64,000 nt of DNA, from contig OZ316776.1 in the NCBI GenBank assembly GCA_973851085.1, forward strand, positions 1,116,001 to 1,180,000. Reading direction: 5' to 3'. Positions within the stretch are counted from its first letter, which is position 1; every line of letters starts with the position of its first letter. Positions 1 to 13,529 of the stretch are shown one piece after another. The notes beneath the pieces were generated by a model. The model was not told the origin of the DNA. It did not search any database and was given only the letters and a program-made list of their open reading frames with translations. The DNA is from Ptychomitrium polyphyllum. Its lineage: Eukaryota. A program made the translations under genes and the position numbers.

Positions 1-701
1 TGAAATCATCATATTTGCTAGCTCGCCTTCATTTTCACCCTTTCATTGCTATCCGATTGTTACAAAGAATGACTGGTTAGGCTAAACCTACTGTACGATG
101 CAGTAGGTGTTTTTTATTTGGTGGTGTGATCATTAAGATGGTTTCACATTCAATCCCCTTGCATGCACATAATGATGTTCCTGTTACTTTAAATCAGTCT
201 AATACTCCGTCTTCAAAACAAATTTACACGGAATCGTTTTGTAGTGTTATCACTAAGATGTTCCCATATGAATTCCAAATTTCAAATTTTAATTTAGTTT
301 CTTTGGTTGTACTTAAGTTAATAAGAATGTTTGAATTCCAAAATCTTTTCACAATCTAACACTTTGATTTGTTTATACTCGTGCTACTTTATCACCACTA
401 AGACAATTAAACAAAGGAATTTTCACAATAAAAGGAAAGAACGCAAAAATAACGTAATATGAAAGAATCAATGTCATTATTTCAAACTCAAATGAACTTG
501 ATTTATTTACATTTACTTCTAGGCAATTTTGGTAACTTTGTGGCTGAAGGCCACCGGTCAAGCTAGTCATATTTACATGCTTTAGGCTACCATATAATGT
601 TAGTCACGTTACTGAAAGTAGGGACAGAAGTGATTTGTGAATGACCTGGATATGCACTTTGAGAGGTAATTCTGAGCATGGTTGTCTGGAACGTGAACCA
701 G

Positions 702-3292
702 GAAGCACGAGCATTGCTTGGTCGGCTAGAGTACGACAGAGGCAACTATGAAGGAGCCTTGCAAGTTCTAGACGGGATTCAAGGACACACCTTTGGTGCA
801 AGCTTGAGATTTTTCATTGCGGACTCAAAGATCCGGCAGAAGAAAGGAAGGCAAGTAAAGAATGGAACTGATGGTTCTCTCGGTACTTTCTTGCATGGAG
901 CTAGTTTGTTTCTGGAAGCACTTTACCTCAAAGCCAAGTGCTATCAAGAGCTTGATCGGCTTTCAGGTTTGTAATTTCCTCAAAAGTATTTCCACCTAAC
1001 TATTATACTTCATCCACATTTCACGGTGTCTCTGATTAAAAATATACATGTAAAGTTTTCAAACATAAACCCTGTCCGCAACACCTGGTATCGTGGTTTT
1101 TTATTCTGGAAATAACTCCACATTGTTACACATACTGCATGATACATGTATTATTCATCATGAAGAAATAGTACCTCATACATTGAATTACCGTCTGCAG
1201 ATGCCACACGTGAGTGCAAGCTTGTGCTTGATACAATGGAGACAGCTACTCCTGCAGGGTTGCCTGACGAATGGGGAAGGACAAGGATTGCCGACATGCT
1301 CTCCAGCACTGTGAAGCTGCTACCTGAGATTCTCCTAGACATAGGTCAGATAAGCGAGGCAATGGTAGCATATCGACGCTCACTCTTACGCTTCTCTTGG
1401 TGTCTGAATTCCCACGACCTGGTGCACATAATGAAAAGCTTTGCAATCTTACTCTTATATGGGGGTGTGGAGGCTCCCCGTGCAAATTTAGGAGCTCATG
1501 TTGAGGGTGCTTTCACTCCAAAAAACAACACCGAAGAGGGCATACTCCTGTTGATGATACTACTCCGCATAATGAACAAGGAGCAAGGCTACTTCGACTC
1601 TAGTGTTTTTGAGCATCTCTCCTTTGCCTTGTCGTTGGGTGGCCAACTGGATACACTAGCTCATCAATACAAGGCGCTTCTGCCGGGCACACTATCTCGA
1701 CCAGATAGATGGTACAGCCTAGCCCTCTGTTACGCTGGCTCCGGAGAGGACGTGCGTGCATTGGAGCTGCTTCGGAAGTCACTTGCTGTAACGGAGAGGC
1801 CTAAAGACGTGCTCTCTCTTCTTTTGGCAGCCAAACTATGCGTTGGAAAGCCTGAACTCTGTGGTAAAGGAGTTGGGTATGCAAAGCGCGCTCTTCTGAA
1901 TACGTGTAAGGACAGTGCAGCTTACAGGATTCGTGCCCTGCACGTCCAGGGTCTTGCACTTCGTTCACAGGCTCACGTGGCATCTTCTAACGCATTAAAA
2001 ACGAGGTTACATAGCGAAGCTCGTGAAGCACTACAAGTGAGTTGATCTTTTTTATGTCCGCTTGTGCTTATCATAAACATTACTCTACTCCGTCGTTATT
2101 GAATGGACGGATTTACAGAACCTCAAGAATGGTTTTGCAGGAAGCAGCTGCTCTTGATGGTGCAGATTCGTCTATTATCTTCGACCTGGGTCTTGAACTT
2201 GCGGAGCAAAGGCAAGCAGGCTCAGCTGTAGATTGTGCGCAGTACTGTCTATACCGAGGAGGTGGAGCACGAGTCCATGGATGGAGGTTTCTTGCTTTGG
2301 TGCTGACTTCTCAAGAAAGGCATGCTGAAGCGGACGTGGTACTCGAGTCTGCTTTGGAGGAGACGGCTCCACGGGAGCATGGCCCGTTATTGAGAACTCG
2401 AGCCAAGGTTCAGATGGCCTTGGGGCAGCCGCTGCTTGCAGTCAAAACCTATCAAGCTTTGCTTGCACTGTTGCAAGCGAAGCAAACGAACCTTGAAATG
2501 GGTTCCGCAGTTGCGGGGAAGGTTTGACACTTCACATTCTGCAGTGGACTCTTGCGGTTTGCTGATGTGTGGATGATAGACATTCTAATACGATCAGATG
2601 TGTTTAATGGTGCGAACTATTTGGTTAGTTTCCGCTGTTCTAAAGTGTATGGTATTGACCTGTGAAATATGCAGGATGGGGAAAGGGTGGAAGACGTAGA
2701 GGTGTGGCATGATCTAGCCCGAGTATACACACAGCTGAAGCAATGGCATGACGCTGAAACTTGTATTGAGAAAGCTCAGTCGATCGATTCTTCTTCCGTA
2801 ACCACGTGGCATATGACTGGTTTAATTCTTCTCTTAAGCTAAATCAATTTTGCACAGTAATTATTGCAGAGTCGTATGGCCCTGTCTCAGGAACTCATCA
2901 AGTTAACTTGAACAATTCTCAAATTGCATTGCTGCGTGGTCATTTGGGGTGCAGGATTGCTTCGTGAGGAGCAGGGTCAACTAGAAGAGGCAATCATGTG
3001 TTACAAGAATGCCCTCGCATTAGACATGTCCTACGTGGACAGTAAAGTGAAGCTCGGTGGTCTGCTTTGGCTAGTCCATGGCACATCTTCTATCCCAGTG
3101 TCAAAAAGTTATCTCGCCGAAGCTTTAGAAGCAGAGCCCTCCCATACAGAGGCGTTGTACCACATGGGTCTGATGCATAAGGCTGAGGGCCGGAAGCATG
3201 AAGCTGCCAAGAGCTTCCAAGCTGCAATTGTGCTGGAGCAGTTCTCCCCAATTGAGAAATTCTCTTCCATCACTCCAGCCCTGCTGTGGTAA
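702..3292 (+). CDS. NPG1: NPG1/NPGR-family TPR calmodulin-binding protein (TTC7/Ypp1-like), 5'-partial
   Basis: Predicted GT-AG exons 702-966, 1201-2036, 2141-2521, 2675-2819 and 2955-3292 join in frame. Family-typical segments: EARALLGRLEYDRGN, LLYGGVEA, FTPKNNTEEGILLLMIL, WYSLALCY, EVWHDLA, plus C-terminal TPRs ending SPIEKFS. The first coding exon appears to lie upstream of the window. Exact paralog (NPG1 vs NPGR) not resolved. Confidence 0.88.
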
Positions 3293-4804
3293 CTGCAGTG
3301 GCCTGATCTGCTTGTGGTTGCTGAGTACCACTCTCTTAGAAGGCTCATTATGGGCCGCGCAAAGCATATAATTGCGTTAAGGAGAATAACTGTTGATTTT
3401 AGCATCTGTACATTTTTCGGCCCCATATTGGACTTGGTGACCTCAACTGAGCGGCTTTTGAAATAGATGTGTGCCATACAAATATGCCAACTACACCTTC
3501 AAATCCAGCGTTTCTCAATTGTAAGTTTAATGCCAGAGCCAACTTGTTCTAGGAAAGCAAACCAAGCTGAATGTACGGTACTTGGACTTTATCGGAGTCC
3601 TTGAATGGACCGAATGTATATAAGATAGCATTTCTTATGCGGAGTTGCTGTGAGAAGCCTGCTACACGAGGTTTTGACACTAAAGCCTTTGAGGCAAGGA
3701 ATCGGGTTGAAGAACTAAAGCAGCATACTCTCTTTGTAATTTGGGTGCTCTGGACGTGTGTAATGTTGCCTTGAGCAGGTTCTGTTGTAGAGTTCTTTGA
3801 AATTGTAGCATGCTTGACCATGGTCGAATGTGTAACACCAATGTGAACCGAATGAAGCCCCACTTTCTCATAACAGTGAGGACAAAGTTAGAGATCATCC
3901 TCTGTCAGGTAGGCCACTTGAAAATTTCTCCCAGTTGTACTGATAAACTTATGTAGAATTTTGTCTAGGTCGAAACTGTAGTTTCAGAAACTCGGAGATG
4001 TAACTTAGATCAAATTGATACTCTTTAGAGGTCATGGTTGAGAGGACCACCGTAATGCCAGAGCAACTGTTGCAGGTTCTTGGTACAGTAAAATCCTCCT
4101 TACTGAAATTTTCCATTAAAGTCCTCTAAGGCCGAACCAAGAGTCTCATGGTATAATATTTCATTGAGAACCGTTCAAAAAGGCTTCCAGACGAATGAAT
4201 CGGGGCCAGGTAGACCAACAGTATAACCTCAACATATTCAATCAAATAAAAACAACGTGACTAGATTGTAACTTCAAAGCGCCGAAAGTCGCTTAATATA
4301 TCCTGGGCTTTCTTGGAGCCTTGGATGCCGATGGTCTGGATTGCACCCACTTCACATGAGGGTATTTGGTGTTGTACTACTGAGGTTTTCAAAGTTTGAT
4401 TAAAATAAATTAAAAAACATGTTACAGTGGTTATAAAATATAAAAATTATACTTTATATCTACCAAGATTTGCAATACTAAACTCATTGATGACAACTAA
4501 TCTTCGTTGTTATCCAAATCCTATTTGCCATCTTCAAATTCTAACTACCACACAAATCCTAGCCACCATTTTCTAACTCTAGATTTTGGAAGTTTTCATA
4601 AGGTTTCAATTATAATGGAATGAAATACTATAATTTTTTTCATTTTTTTATTATTTTAGATGAAATTGATCTTCATTAAGCATTAATTACCTCTATTATA
4701 TGACTAATGGGGGATCTTGATTTTTATATTACAATGTGTCATAGACATATTATAAGTAGAATTTTGAATTAGGTAAATTGATTGCACAAAAACGAGTGAT
4801 ATAG

Positions 4805-4899
4805 TCAAGGTTGTTGTATTTTCAAGGTTGTTGTATTTTCAAGGGGCTACTTAACTCTCAATAAGGTGCTTGTAGCGTGCCTGACCGCGTGCCTGACCG
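4805..4899. repeat. Two short adjacent tandem duplications (17 bp and 12 bp units)
   Basis: tcaaggttgttgtattt x2.3 at 4805-4844; gcgtgcctgacc x2 at 4875-4899. Confidence 0.85.
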
Positions 4900-6571
4900 A
4901 GTACTGCGATGAAGACCACCAAGCAAGTAACACTCGTCACCACCACTACCTGATGTGCAATATCAGAGGCATGCTACTGGTACATCTCAATGACTGCAAC
5001 GCATACATTGGTGATCATGGATGTGATAGAAATCGAAACCACACCCCGCACAAGCACCAGATTGACGGTGTTCGACGAGAAATTTTGATCGACTTACAAA
5101 GGAACAGAAGGAAAAGTTTCGCTGGACAAGCACGTCATTCAAGAACATTCTGATTGAATCTGATACTTACCCAAGTAAAAGCCTCTGGATGATTTTCATT
5201 CAACCATATGGGAGTATTCTTACCAAATATGTCAATAACAAGTGAAAAAAACCGCCACTACATGAGCTGCGCTCAGTATCAACTCTTATTGCATCAATCA
5301 GGAATTTCAGTCAGCCAAATCAACCTCTGAGAAGCCAATTACAGATTCATGTACTAAAATAATCAAAAGCCACACGAGGTGTAAGAAACAATGGACACAA
5401 GTATGAATGAATGAGATAAAGTTGTTCTGGGTCCATTAGATTGATAAGTACCTGACTTAGCTTGTTTCTATGACTGTCAAGCTGTTGGGAAAACGCAAAA
5501 AGAGAGACGGTATCAGAATGACGCAAATACATGAATCACAAGGCAGCTGACCTGACATTTTTCTTCAAGTGGACACCCATCTGCTATTAAAATATGTGGC
5601 CACCACCGAAAAAGTATATTTGAGGTTTTTGCCAAGATGACTAAGTTTTAGTATGCAATAATGGTAAATTGATAGAGGTTATTTCCTAACATAGCTTCAG
5701 TTGGAACCCTATGTCAGATACATGTATTTGAGAACGTGGTAATATGATAAAAGCACTAAGAACAATATAAAACAACATATATCTCTGGATAGACACGTAC
5801 TAGTAAACATTAGGCACAGTTGGTACTTGTGTAAATCGAAACGGCATGTACTGTAGAAATGTTCTCCCAACGTGGCCTATTCCCAGAACTTCCAAAGAAA
5901 AATGCATTCGCACCTCAAAATGTTCATCCTCATCAACTGTTGGGATCACACAGTGGCGATTCCGGTCCACGATTAGAATGTGAAATGCGCTGCCGTGCAT
6001 GCTTTGGCTTTAGATCTGTCACATGCTGTTACCAAAGTCAATGACATGCACGTGCTCCGAGGAGTATTATAACATCGCTTCGTCATATGCGGATTACGTT
6101 TCGTGTTGCGAATGATCACACCGACAGTCTTCAAGTTGCTGCAATATGATTATTATATGCCGAGTAAGGTGGATAAGAGGCGTGTGTAATGTCGATGTCA
6201 TCAGACCTGAAGATCCATCTCAGTGCCGTAGTTCGAAGCCTAGTCACTAGCCTAGGCTGAAGTTCGAGTTCTTATAGTGGTCCAGTATATCTAGTTCCTG
6301 TCTGCAAGTGTTTCTGTGTGTGTCCTTCAGGTTTCGTATGTGGACGTTGCCTTGACGTTCAACTTGTGAATACAAGCCGAATCGACGCGCCTGCGACGTA
6401 GTGGTCTTGTCCATATTTCAAGGTATACAGCAGGATTACCTTGGTAATACCAGAGTGTCGTTTAGGTATCAAGAAAAAAAGTACTGATAGTAAACGCTCC
6501 TGGGCTTGTGAAAGTCGGTAAGACTCAAGATTTCGGAGAGAGTACTGGAAGGGCATTGAATTCTCGCCAAG

Positions 6572-8130
6572 ATGGCCAGTGTATATGCTGGAGAACCACC
6601 TGCAGGGAACCCTGGGAAGAGGATTTGTGTGTTGAGCATTGACGGCGGTGGATTGAGGGGGATCATTCCGTCCACGATTCTTGAGTTTCTAGAGGATGAA
6701 CTGAAGGGTCCCAACGGAGATGGCGGGGCACTGGCTGACTACTTTGATGTGATGGCGGGGACCAGCACAGGGGGTCTCGTCACTGCCATGCTTACAATAC
6801 CGCAAGACTCTGGTTCACGTGAACCAAAGTACTGCGCAAAGGACGTGAGCCAGACATATTTGAAAGATGCAGCCACCATCTTCCCACCGAGGTCGTCATT
6901 ATTCTCATGGTTGCCTGAAATTTTTGAGAATCTCTGCCGGCCGAAGTACGACGGAACGGGACTAGTCCAGACGGTGAACAAGTTGCTGCAGAAAGACTGG
7001 CATCTCAAGGACACCCTCACGAACGTCGTGATCCCCGCCTTTGACATCGCCACCCAAGAACCAGTTTTCTTCAGCAATTTGCAAGCTCAAAGAAATTCCG
7101 TGGACAATCCGCTATTAGGACAGGTATAGCCACTTTCATTAAACTAGCTGTTTTCAGGAAGTTTCCAGCTCAAGTATTTATTCTTGCTAAGTGCAATCTC
7201 AAAGTGTGTGCATGCGATACAAACTACCGGGATATTTTACCGACTATTAGGATTGTGTGGTTGTGTAATTTTTGAGCCATAAAGTACCTCAAAATCTGCA
7301 ATGGATGTCACATTAGTTAATCCCTTTCTACACAAATTACAACATTGAAGTGCACGGGATGCTCATTATCCACCATGCTCCAAGGATTAATTAAAAAAAT
7401 TGCGCAAGATTTAAGATGTTAGTCTGAATTTGCTCATATCATGAACATGGCCTTTCAGGTTTGTCTTGGAACGAGCGCAGCACCCACCTATCTTCCATCA
7501 GTCTCTTTCACAGTTCCAGATCATATCCCTGGGAAGCCTGGAAAATCGTACAACTTAGTTGATGGCGGCGTGGTTTGCAACAATCCAGCACATGTAGCTG
7601 TGATTCAAGCCATCAAAGAGGTTTCGAACGGAACTGCCTACCGGGGAAGGATTGACACATGGAATGGGTACCAGGACCTACTGCTGCTGTCACTTGGGAC
7701 TGGTAACATGCCAGTGAGTTATAATGGAACTGTCGCATCCAAATGGGGAGTGTTCGGGTGGGCTCACGACAGCCAAGGAAATGTTCCTCTGGTGGACGTA
7801 TTCTCAAATGGAAGCTCCGACATGGTGGACTACAATTTGTCCGTTGTCTTTGACGGGTTCAACTGCTCCCAGAACTACCTTCGTATCCAGACAGACGGTC
7901 TCAAAGGAGAGATGAGCGCCATGGACGACGCCTCGCCAGAAAATATGCAGCATCTGGTTGCAATGGCCAAGGATTTGCTCGACCAGCAAGCCACCTACAG
8001 AGATCCTCTGACAGGAAAGTTGGTGCCATATGCTAATAAGCGAACCAATAAGGATCGGCTAAGAGCACTTGCACACGAGCTGAAGCAGGAGAGAGCTGCT
8101 CGAAGTGCTCAACCTCCCAGACATGCTTAG
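6572..8130 (+). CDS. Patatin-like phospholipase/acyl hydrolase (pPLA-II type)
   Basis: Exons 6572-7123 and 7459-8130 (CAG|GTATAG ... TTTCAG|GTT). Glycine loop SIDGGGLRG, catalytic GTSTG, SAAPTY and catalytic Asp in DGG are intact; LSLGTG and NYLRIQ are present. Confidence 0.95.
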
Positions 8131-9538
8131 AATAGCTTTTGAGTTGGCGGTTATTTTGAAGCCTTGTCTATTTTCTCATCGGCCTTGGTTTTGAGTGAGA
8201 AGCTCGTGCTCGGAAATAGCTCATCCAGAGCTCCTTGTGTAGTGGACGAGTTCGGAAAATTATGTGTTGGCTGTGCTTATGCAAAGCATTAAACATGGTT
8301 GGTTGTTGGGGTTTAGATGTGTGTTTGCAAATATATGCGAAGGCGCAATGCCGCAGAGCACAATACCTTAAGCCTTCCGGTGGCTCTAACTGTGAAGTAT
8401 ATTATAAATTACCGTCACCTTCACTATTTCCCAACACTGACGACCGTATTAGCCGGAAGTCCCACGTGATTATCCTTTCGGTCTACTCCTTCCTCCCAAC
8501 ATGCAAATATGACTATAATACAAAAGCTTCAGAAAAGTAACACGGGCTGACGAAAACAGATTAGAAAACCTCTAGATATTAATTTATCCTGCTTTAGGAT
8601 GTTGACACGTGTCATGTTACTACGCACTCCTACCATGAGATAGGCCCATTCAAAATAACAAGTTACTATGTTCATTGCACATGTAGTGCCGGGACTGCAT
8701 CCTCCTGGATCTCATGATTTGAATTTACATGATGATAAGAGGAATTTAACACAAGGACGACAGTCGTAGACCTTACTGTGCCTAAGTAAGTCGAACTTGA
8801 ATGCAATTGAAAGGTACTTTCTTTAACAGTAAATATATACCACATCTCTCCTATCTCACTAGGTTCGTGCGTTAGTAGCAATTACGAATTCTAAGAACTT
8901 CACATCCGTCAGAATTCAACATAATTTCAGTTCAGGAGACGAGTATATGAAAGTGGATATTAAAATTGTAAAATAAAACAACCAACACAATTGTACCAGA
9001 TATTAAATGCATTGCTGAACCTAGCAAAAAGCCTCGATCTAGGTGAGTTCTCACACTCAGAGATGACTGCACCTGAACTTCCATGTTGAAACTTGAGGGG
9101 TACAATATATACCAGGGCAAAAGAAATGGTATCATCGCATTGACTGTACATATATTATACAGGCATGATACTTCACTCTATGGTTGCCGAGACATTCAAG
9201 AGTAGAAATTAGATACAAATACAAAGCAGTTGCATGTACTCCTCCTCATCTCAACAACCCAACTCTCCAACTCGGCTCAAAACTGTGTTAATTAACTACA
9301 TTGCTATTTCAAGAATTGTAAAACATTGCTGCAACATTGTAGGACCGCAATACGAGATTGATCGGCATCGGCATTCCTACACTACAATATGCAGTATATC
9401 TTGCTTCATTGTCAACTAGTACTTCCACCGTTCATAAGAGTATCCAAGCACTCGAAGTCGAGGGACCCAAAAAGTTCATGAAATAATCATGCTTTCACAA
9501 CCTTGACAGTGACGGAGGAGCTGAGGTAGATATTCCTT

Positions 9539-12500
9539 TTAACTGCACATCAAATTCCGCACCGAACATGCGTAAGTCTACTTGCAACAGTACTATTTGA
9601 GAAGAGACAGCACCAAAAAACAGATTCCAACAAGAGAGCTAAATTGTTGAGATTCTTTACTAGAAATAACAGGATATTATATACCCAGTAATCAAAAGAG
9701 CATGAAAAGCATCGAAACAGAGATATAACGAACCTGGGTGTATCCCCGGACGAAGAAGCGGTCACTCCTTCCAATTTCTTGGCAGAAACATCTTCACCAA
9801 CGCCTTTTTCTGCAAAGGCTGATGGCTCGTCACCTTCAAGTGCAGCTAGCGCAGCATCATGTTCTCCCTCACTAGAGGCTGCTGAAGCCACAGGTTCAGG
9901 CTGGCTGACTGGCTTGACATCAGACTCAAAAAAAGGAGTAACTTCCTTTTTCGCAGGCTCTTCGTCAACTGCAGCTGGCGATGGAGCTGCGGAACCGTTG
10001 CTAGACTTTACAGACTCAGTGGTCGACTTAAGATCAGAACTGACTTCCTCTGTCTTCGATTCAACAGCAGATTTGGCCTCCTTTGCACTCGACTTAAGAT
10101 CAGAACCGACTTCCTCTGCCTTCGACTCAACATCGGATGTAACTTCCTCTGCCTTCGACTTAAGGTCCGAGGTGACTTCCTCAGCATTTGACTTGAGATC
10201 TTCTGCACCCGATTCAAGGTCAGATATGATTGTATCTACATTCGACTGAAGTTCCTTTGCACCAGACTTGATATCAGATGTGACTAACTCAACGTTCGTC
10301 TGAATATCAGCTTTGACTCCCTCTAGATCTGGAACTTCCACTCCACGCTTCTCAGCTTCGTCTACAATCTTCTCCTTAGCTTTCTCGGCTAAAGTCTCTG
10401 GGGTAACAGAGTCTACGTTCAATTCCTTCTCAAGTACCGCGGCTCCGGTTTCAACAGCTGCTTTGACCTCACCATCCTTAGGAAGAATAGCTCTTCCGAC
10501 TTCCTGCACAATTTTATAAACAGAACTTAGATGAAAAGTCGGAAATCAAGTATTGAGGAACTAAAAAATCTAACGCAGAAACTATCCATTCAATCGCCAC
10601 TCCACGTAGAGACTATCGTGAGCACAGTCAAGTCGATCGGAATTTTCAACTATTTGTAGAGCTTGTAGATCGCAAGTACCAATGTGGTCAGCTGCTTGGT
10701 TTTCATAACAACAACTAGGGAATTTCAATATACCACTTTGTAATACCCAAGGAATTGATGACAAAGTTTCGTAGAAGAGGAAAAGGAGGTCAACCTACCT
10801 TGAGTTCTTGAACGAACTCCTTCGGTGCAATCTTTGTATCCAAAAATGCTTTAATATTTTGAACGGTTTTTTTTCTGTCCTGCAAACACATCCACATTTC
10901 TCTATTTCAAAAAGCAGGAGCGAAAAGAAGAAACAACATTGTCATATCAAAAATAAAACTCCATACATAAGAGTGGCTGTTTCTCTACTCTACCTCGCAC
11001 TACAACGGTGCCTTAGACTTGCTCTATCCCATGTCATATCATAAGGCCAAATTAAAAAGACAAGGCTCACCTCAGCAAAGAGAAACTTTTTAAGAAACAA
11101 TTGCAGCACTGCAACTGTTCCCAATAACTGGAGGGTTGTCTCTGCCTGCTCAGTTCAATACACAGGATAATTAGTGAAAAGAGGTGTGAACGTGTCGAAT
11201 CTAAAATCTTATTACAGCAGTAAGGTTTCAACTTTACATTTATTGCAATCATGCATGTGAGGGTCAAAACTCAATTCGCAGTGGTTTCACACGACAAGAA
11301 CATTGAAGCTATTAGTAAGATAAGATTTTACCTCGGTTAAAACAACGAAACCAATACCAGCAGCTGCAGCCACTCCGAGCGCTGTTGGCGCTAAGCTACC
11401 TGCGTCCTGAGATTTGCAGGAGCCGAGTAACATCAGTGAGAGGTGGCATGCGGTGAAGAATTGAAATACCAAACTATTTCCCCGTGTGAAAACCGTTCCC
11501 ATACAAGAAATACAGGATCGAAACAGATGTCGAAATTTGTTGAACCATTCTATGAAGCGTTTGAATGCAAGGCATAAAATTCACACCTGCACCGTTTTCT
11601 CAGTGCATATCCAGCACAACAAGCATAAATATTGAAAAGTTGAGCAGTACCACGCCTTCGCCGTCTTTGATGATGCTCTTAAGACCGTCAATGTTGATGT
11701 TCAAGGACTTAGCAGGCGCTGACCATGGCAAGTCCTTTTCCTGTGGCATCAAACATGAACATATCGGTCAACGAGTAAGCCTTTCGAAAATTTCGAAAAA
11801 AGATAATAGCGTTTCGCACCGACAGATTACCAAGAGCGCAAAATTTTTCAAAGGGCCTCACCCGCCATCCATTCTGACCCTCTGCACCTCCCTTGATAGC
11901 ATACGCACTCTTGAAGCCACTGTTAGCAAGGAGCTTTGCAACAGTTGCAGCACTCCCATCAAATCTGCGCAGACAACGAACACAAAGAGGACGCATTACA
12001 ACGCAGGTACACAAAGCATAGCATCCGTTGCGTAGAGCCAATAACTGGCCCTAATTTGAAGCAACAAGAATCTCATTTGGTCCCCGAGAGCTCTTCCTCA
12101 TCCAGAAGTCACAACGGTGGCCTTTTTACTTTTTCAACCTATTTTCCACCAGCGAAGAATTCATTAGTCCAAGTCTGCTACAAATCTTGGTGATTTTCTA
12201 GACACATTCTTACATGACACCTCGCTACGACTATTTAAGGTCAGCTATACTAATATCAGCTGATTGAACTTTACAGAAGTTCTTGAACTAACGTTCTTCA
12301 CATTCAAATGAAGGATAAGAGAATTAAAGATATCGTCGATTCTGTAAAATCTTTTGAACTGCAGAGCTAGATAGAGTGATTCATCAACACTGTGATAGAA
12401 ACGCAACTCCTCTTCAAGTTCCAAAGTCTGTATGTGTTAGGAAGTAGCACTTACCTGTCCAGCACGTAGATGGTAGTGTCCTCAGCAATTTTGCACTTCG

Positions 12501-13098
12501 CGAGCACTTTCTCCACAAATGTATCATCATTCGCAGCATATGCCACCTTCAGAGGCGTCTTCCTGAGAGCCTTAAGGTTGGGGCTTCCCTCGGCTTTGAC
12601 ATCCGCAAGGGCACGAATATCCAGAATTTGCACATTCTGTTCCGGGTCCGAGAGCTTCTCATAAGCTTCCACAGCGGAAACAGAGCCGAACGACGTCGGT
12701 CCCGCAAACGCCCTGGACGCAATGAACGGCACAGCAACAGCCACCAGCACTCCTACAAGCGCCAGAGGATTAGCAGACACGAAATCAGAGGCGCCATCAA
12801 GGTCGACGGAGGGCAAGTTCACTGACGGCAGCTCAATAGACGGAAGGTCCGGGAACGAGGACCCGGAGGCAGCAGACGACGCAGTGTCCGACGCCTTCTT
12901 CACGAACTCGTCATAATTCAACGCCAACGCAGCAGGCGGCGCAGACGCAAGAAGCGACGCGGCCAACGCCGACGCTGGGCGCAGAAACGGAACGCTCACA
13001 GTTTGCACATTCTTCTTCGCAGCGCTGCCCGACGACGACTCCTTTGCCACTGTCACCACAACAGAGGAAGTAGCAATAGCGCGCGGAAGTACCTCCAT
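9539..13098 (-). CDS. STR4: Thylakoid rhodanese-like protein (TROL/STR4 family) with a divergent repetitive C-terminus
   Basis: Predicted exons (minus) 13098-12455, 11964-11862, 11740-11651, 11406-11332, 11145-11071, 10879-10799, 10503-9734, then probably 9542-9539 (AG|T TAA; last exon uncertain). Has a transit peptide and an Ala-rich thylakoid signal ending ALA-LNYDEF, a TM helix, a rhodanese domain (LDIR..., FDG, SAYAIKGGAEGQNGW, LPW), a second TM, and DRKKTVQNIKAFLDTKIAPKEFVQELKEVGRAILP, which matches the TROL consensus. Confidence 0.88.
10025..10200 (-). repeat. 33-bp coding tandem repeat (11-aa units) inside the TROL-like gene
   Basis: About 5 units of the type gacttaagatcagaaccgacttcctctgccttc, encoding AEEVTSDLKSK / AEEVTSDVESK / AEEVGSDLKSS / AKEAKSAVESK / TEEVSSDLKST. 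Confidence 0.9.
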
Positions 13099-13529
13099 TA
13101 TGCGCTAGAGCTGGTGCAATTGTCCGCGACAGCAATGGCGAGTCAATTCGGAAACTGAAACAGAGCAATGCTAATGAATGCCTGCCCACTGAGAGCCTGA
13201 CGATGGCAAGGAATTGGTGATGGACCGAAGTTTTGAGGAGATCAGAAAAGCAGAGGCGAGCCGGACCTGCTTTATCCACTCAGCGAAGCCCCCTAGTCAT
13301 GGCCTCTCGTTTCCTGGCCCCACATGGAGCGCATGCTAGCTGCCACTTTTCATCTCTCTGTTCTTTCGATCTTCATCACTCCATCGCCAATCGGAGCGTC
13401 GCTCTCGCTCTCGGAGTTAGCGCTCAGCTCCAGCTGCCTCCCCCGCCACCTACACTACACTGCTGTACTCGGAACTCAATTGAGCTCGGATGATCTTTCA
13501 CAATTCGGGTGTCAGAACTCGTTATTGGG

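Noticed and set aside
678..701. In-frame ATG (MVVWNVNQ) as the start of the NPG-like gene
   Set aside because: Similarity starts exactly after a CAG acceptor at 701 and homologs have a longer N-terminus, so the real start is probably upstream of the window.
4866..5153. ORF on plus and a hydrophobic, transporter-like antisense frame with an internal stop
   Set aside because: Only a vague resemblance to membrane transporters, with no diagnostic motif or splice structure.
9779..10519. Ser-rich plus-strand ORFs
   Set aside because: Antisense shadows of the repetitive TROL-like exon.
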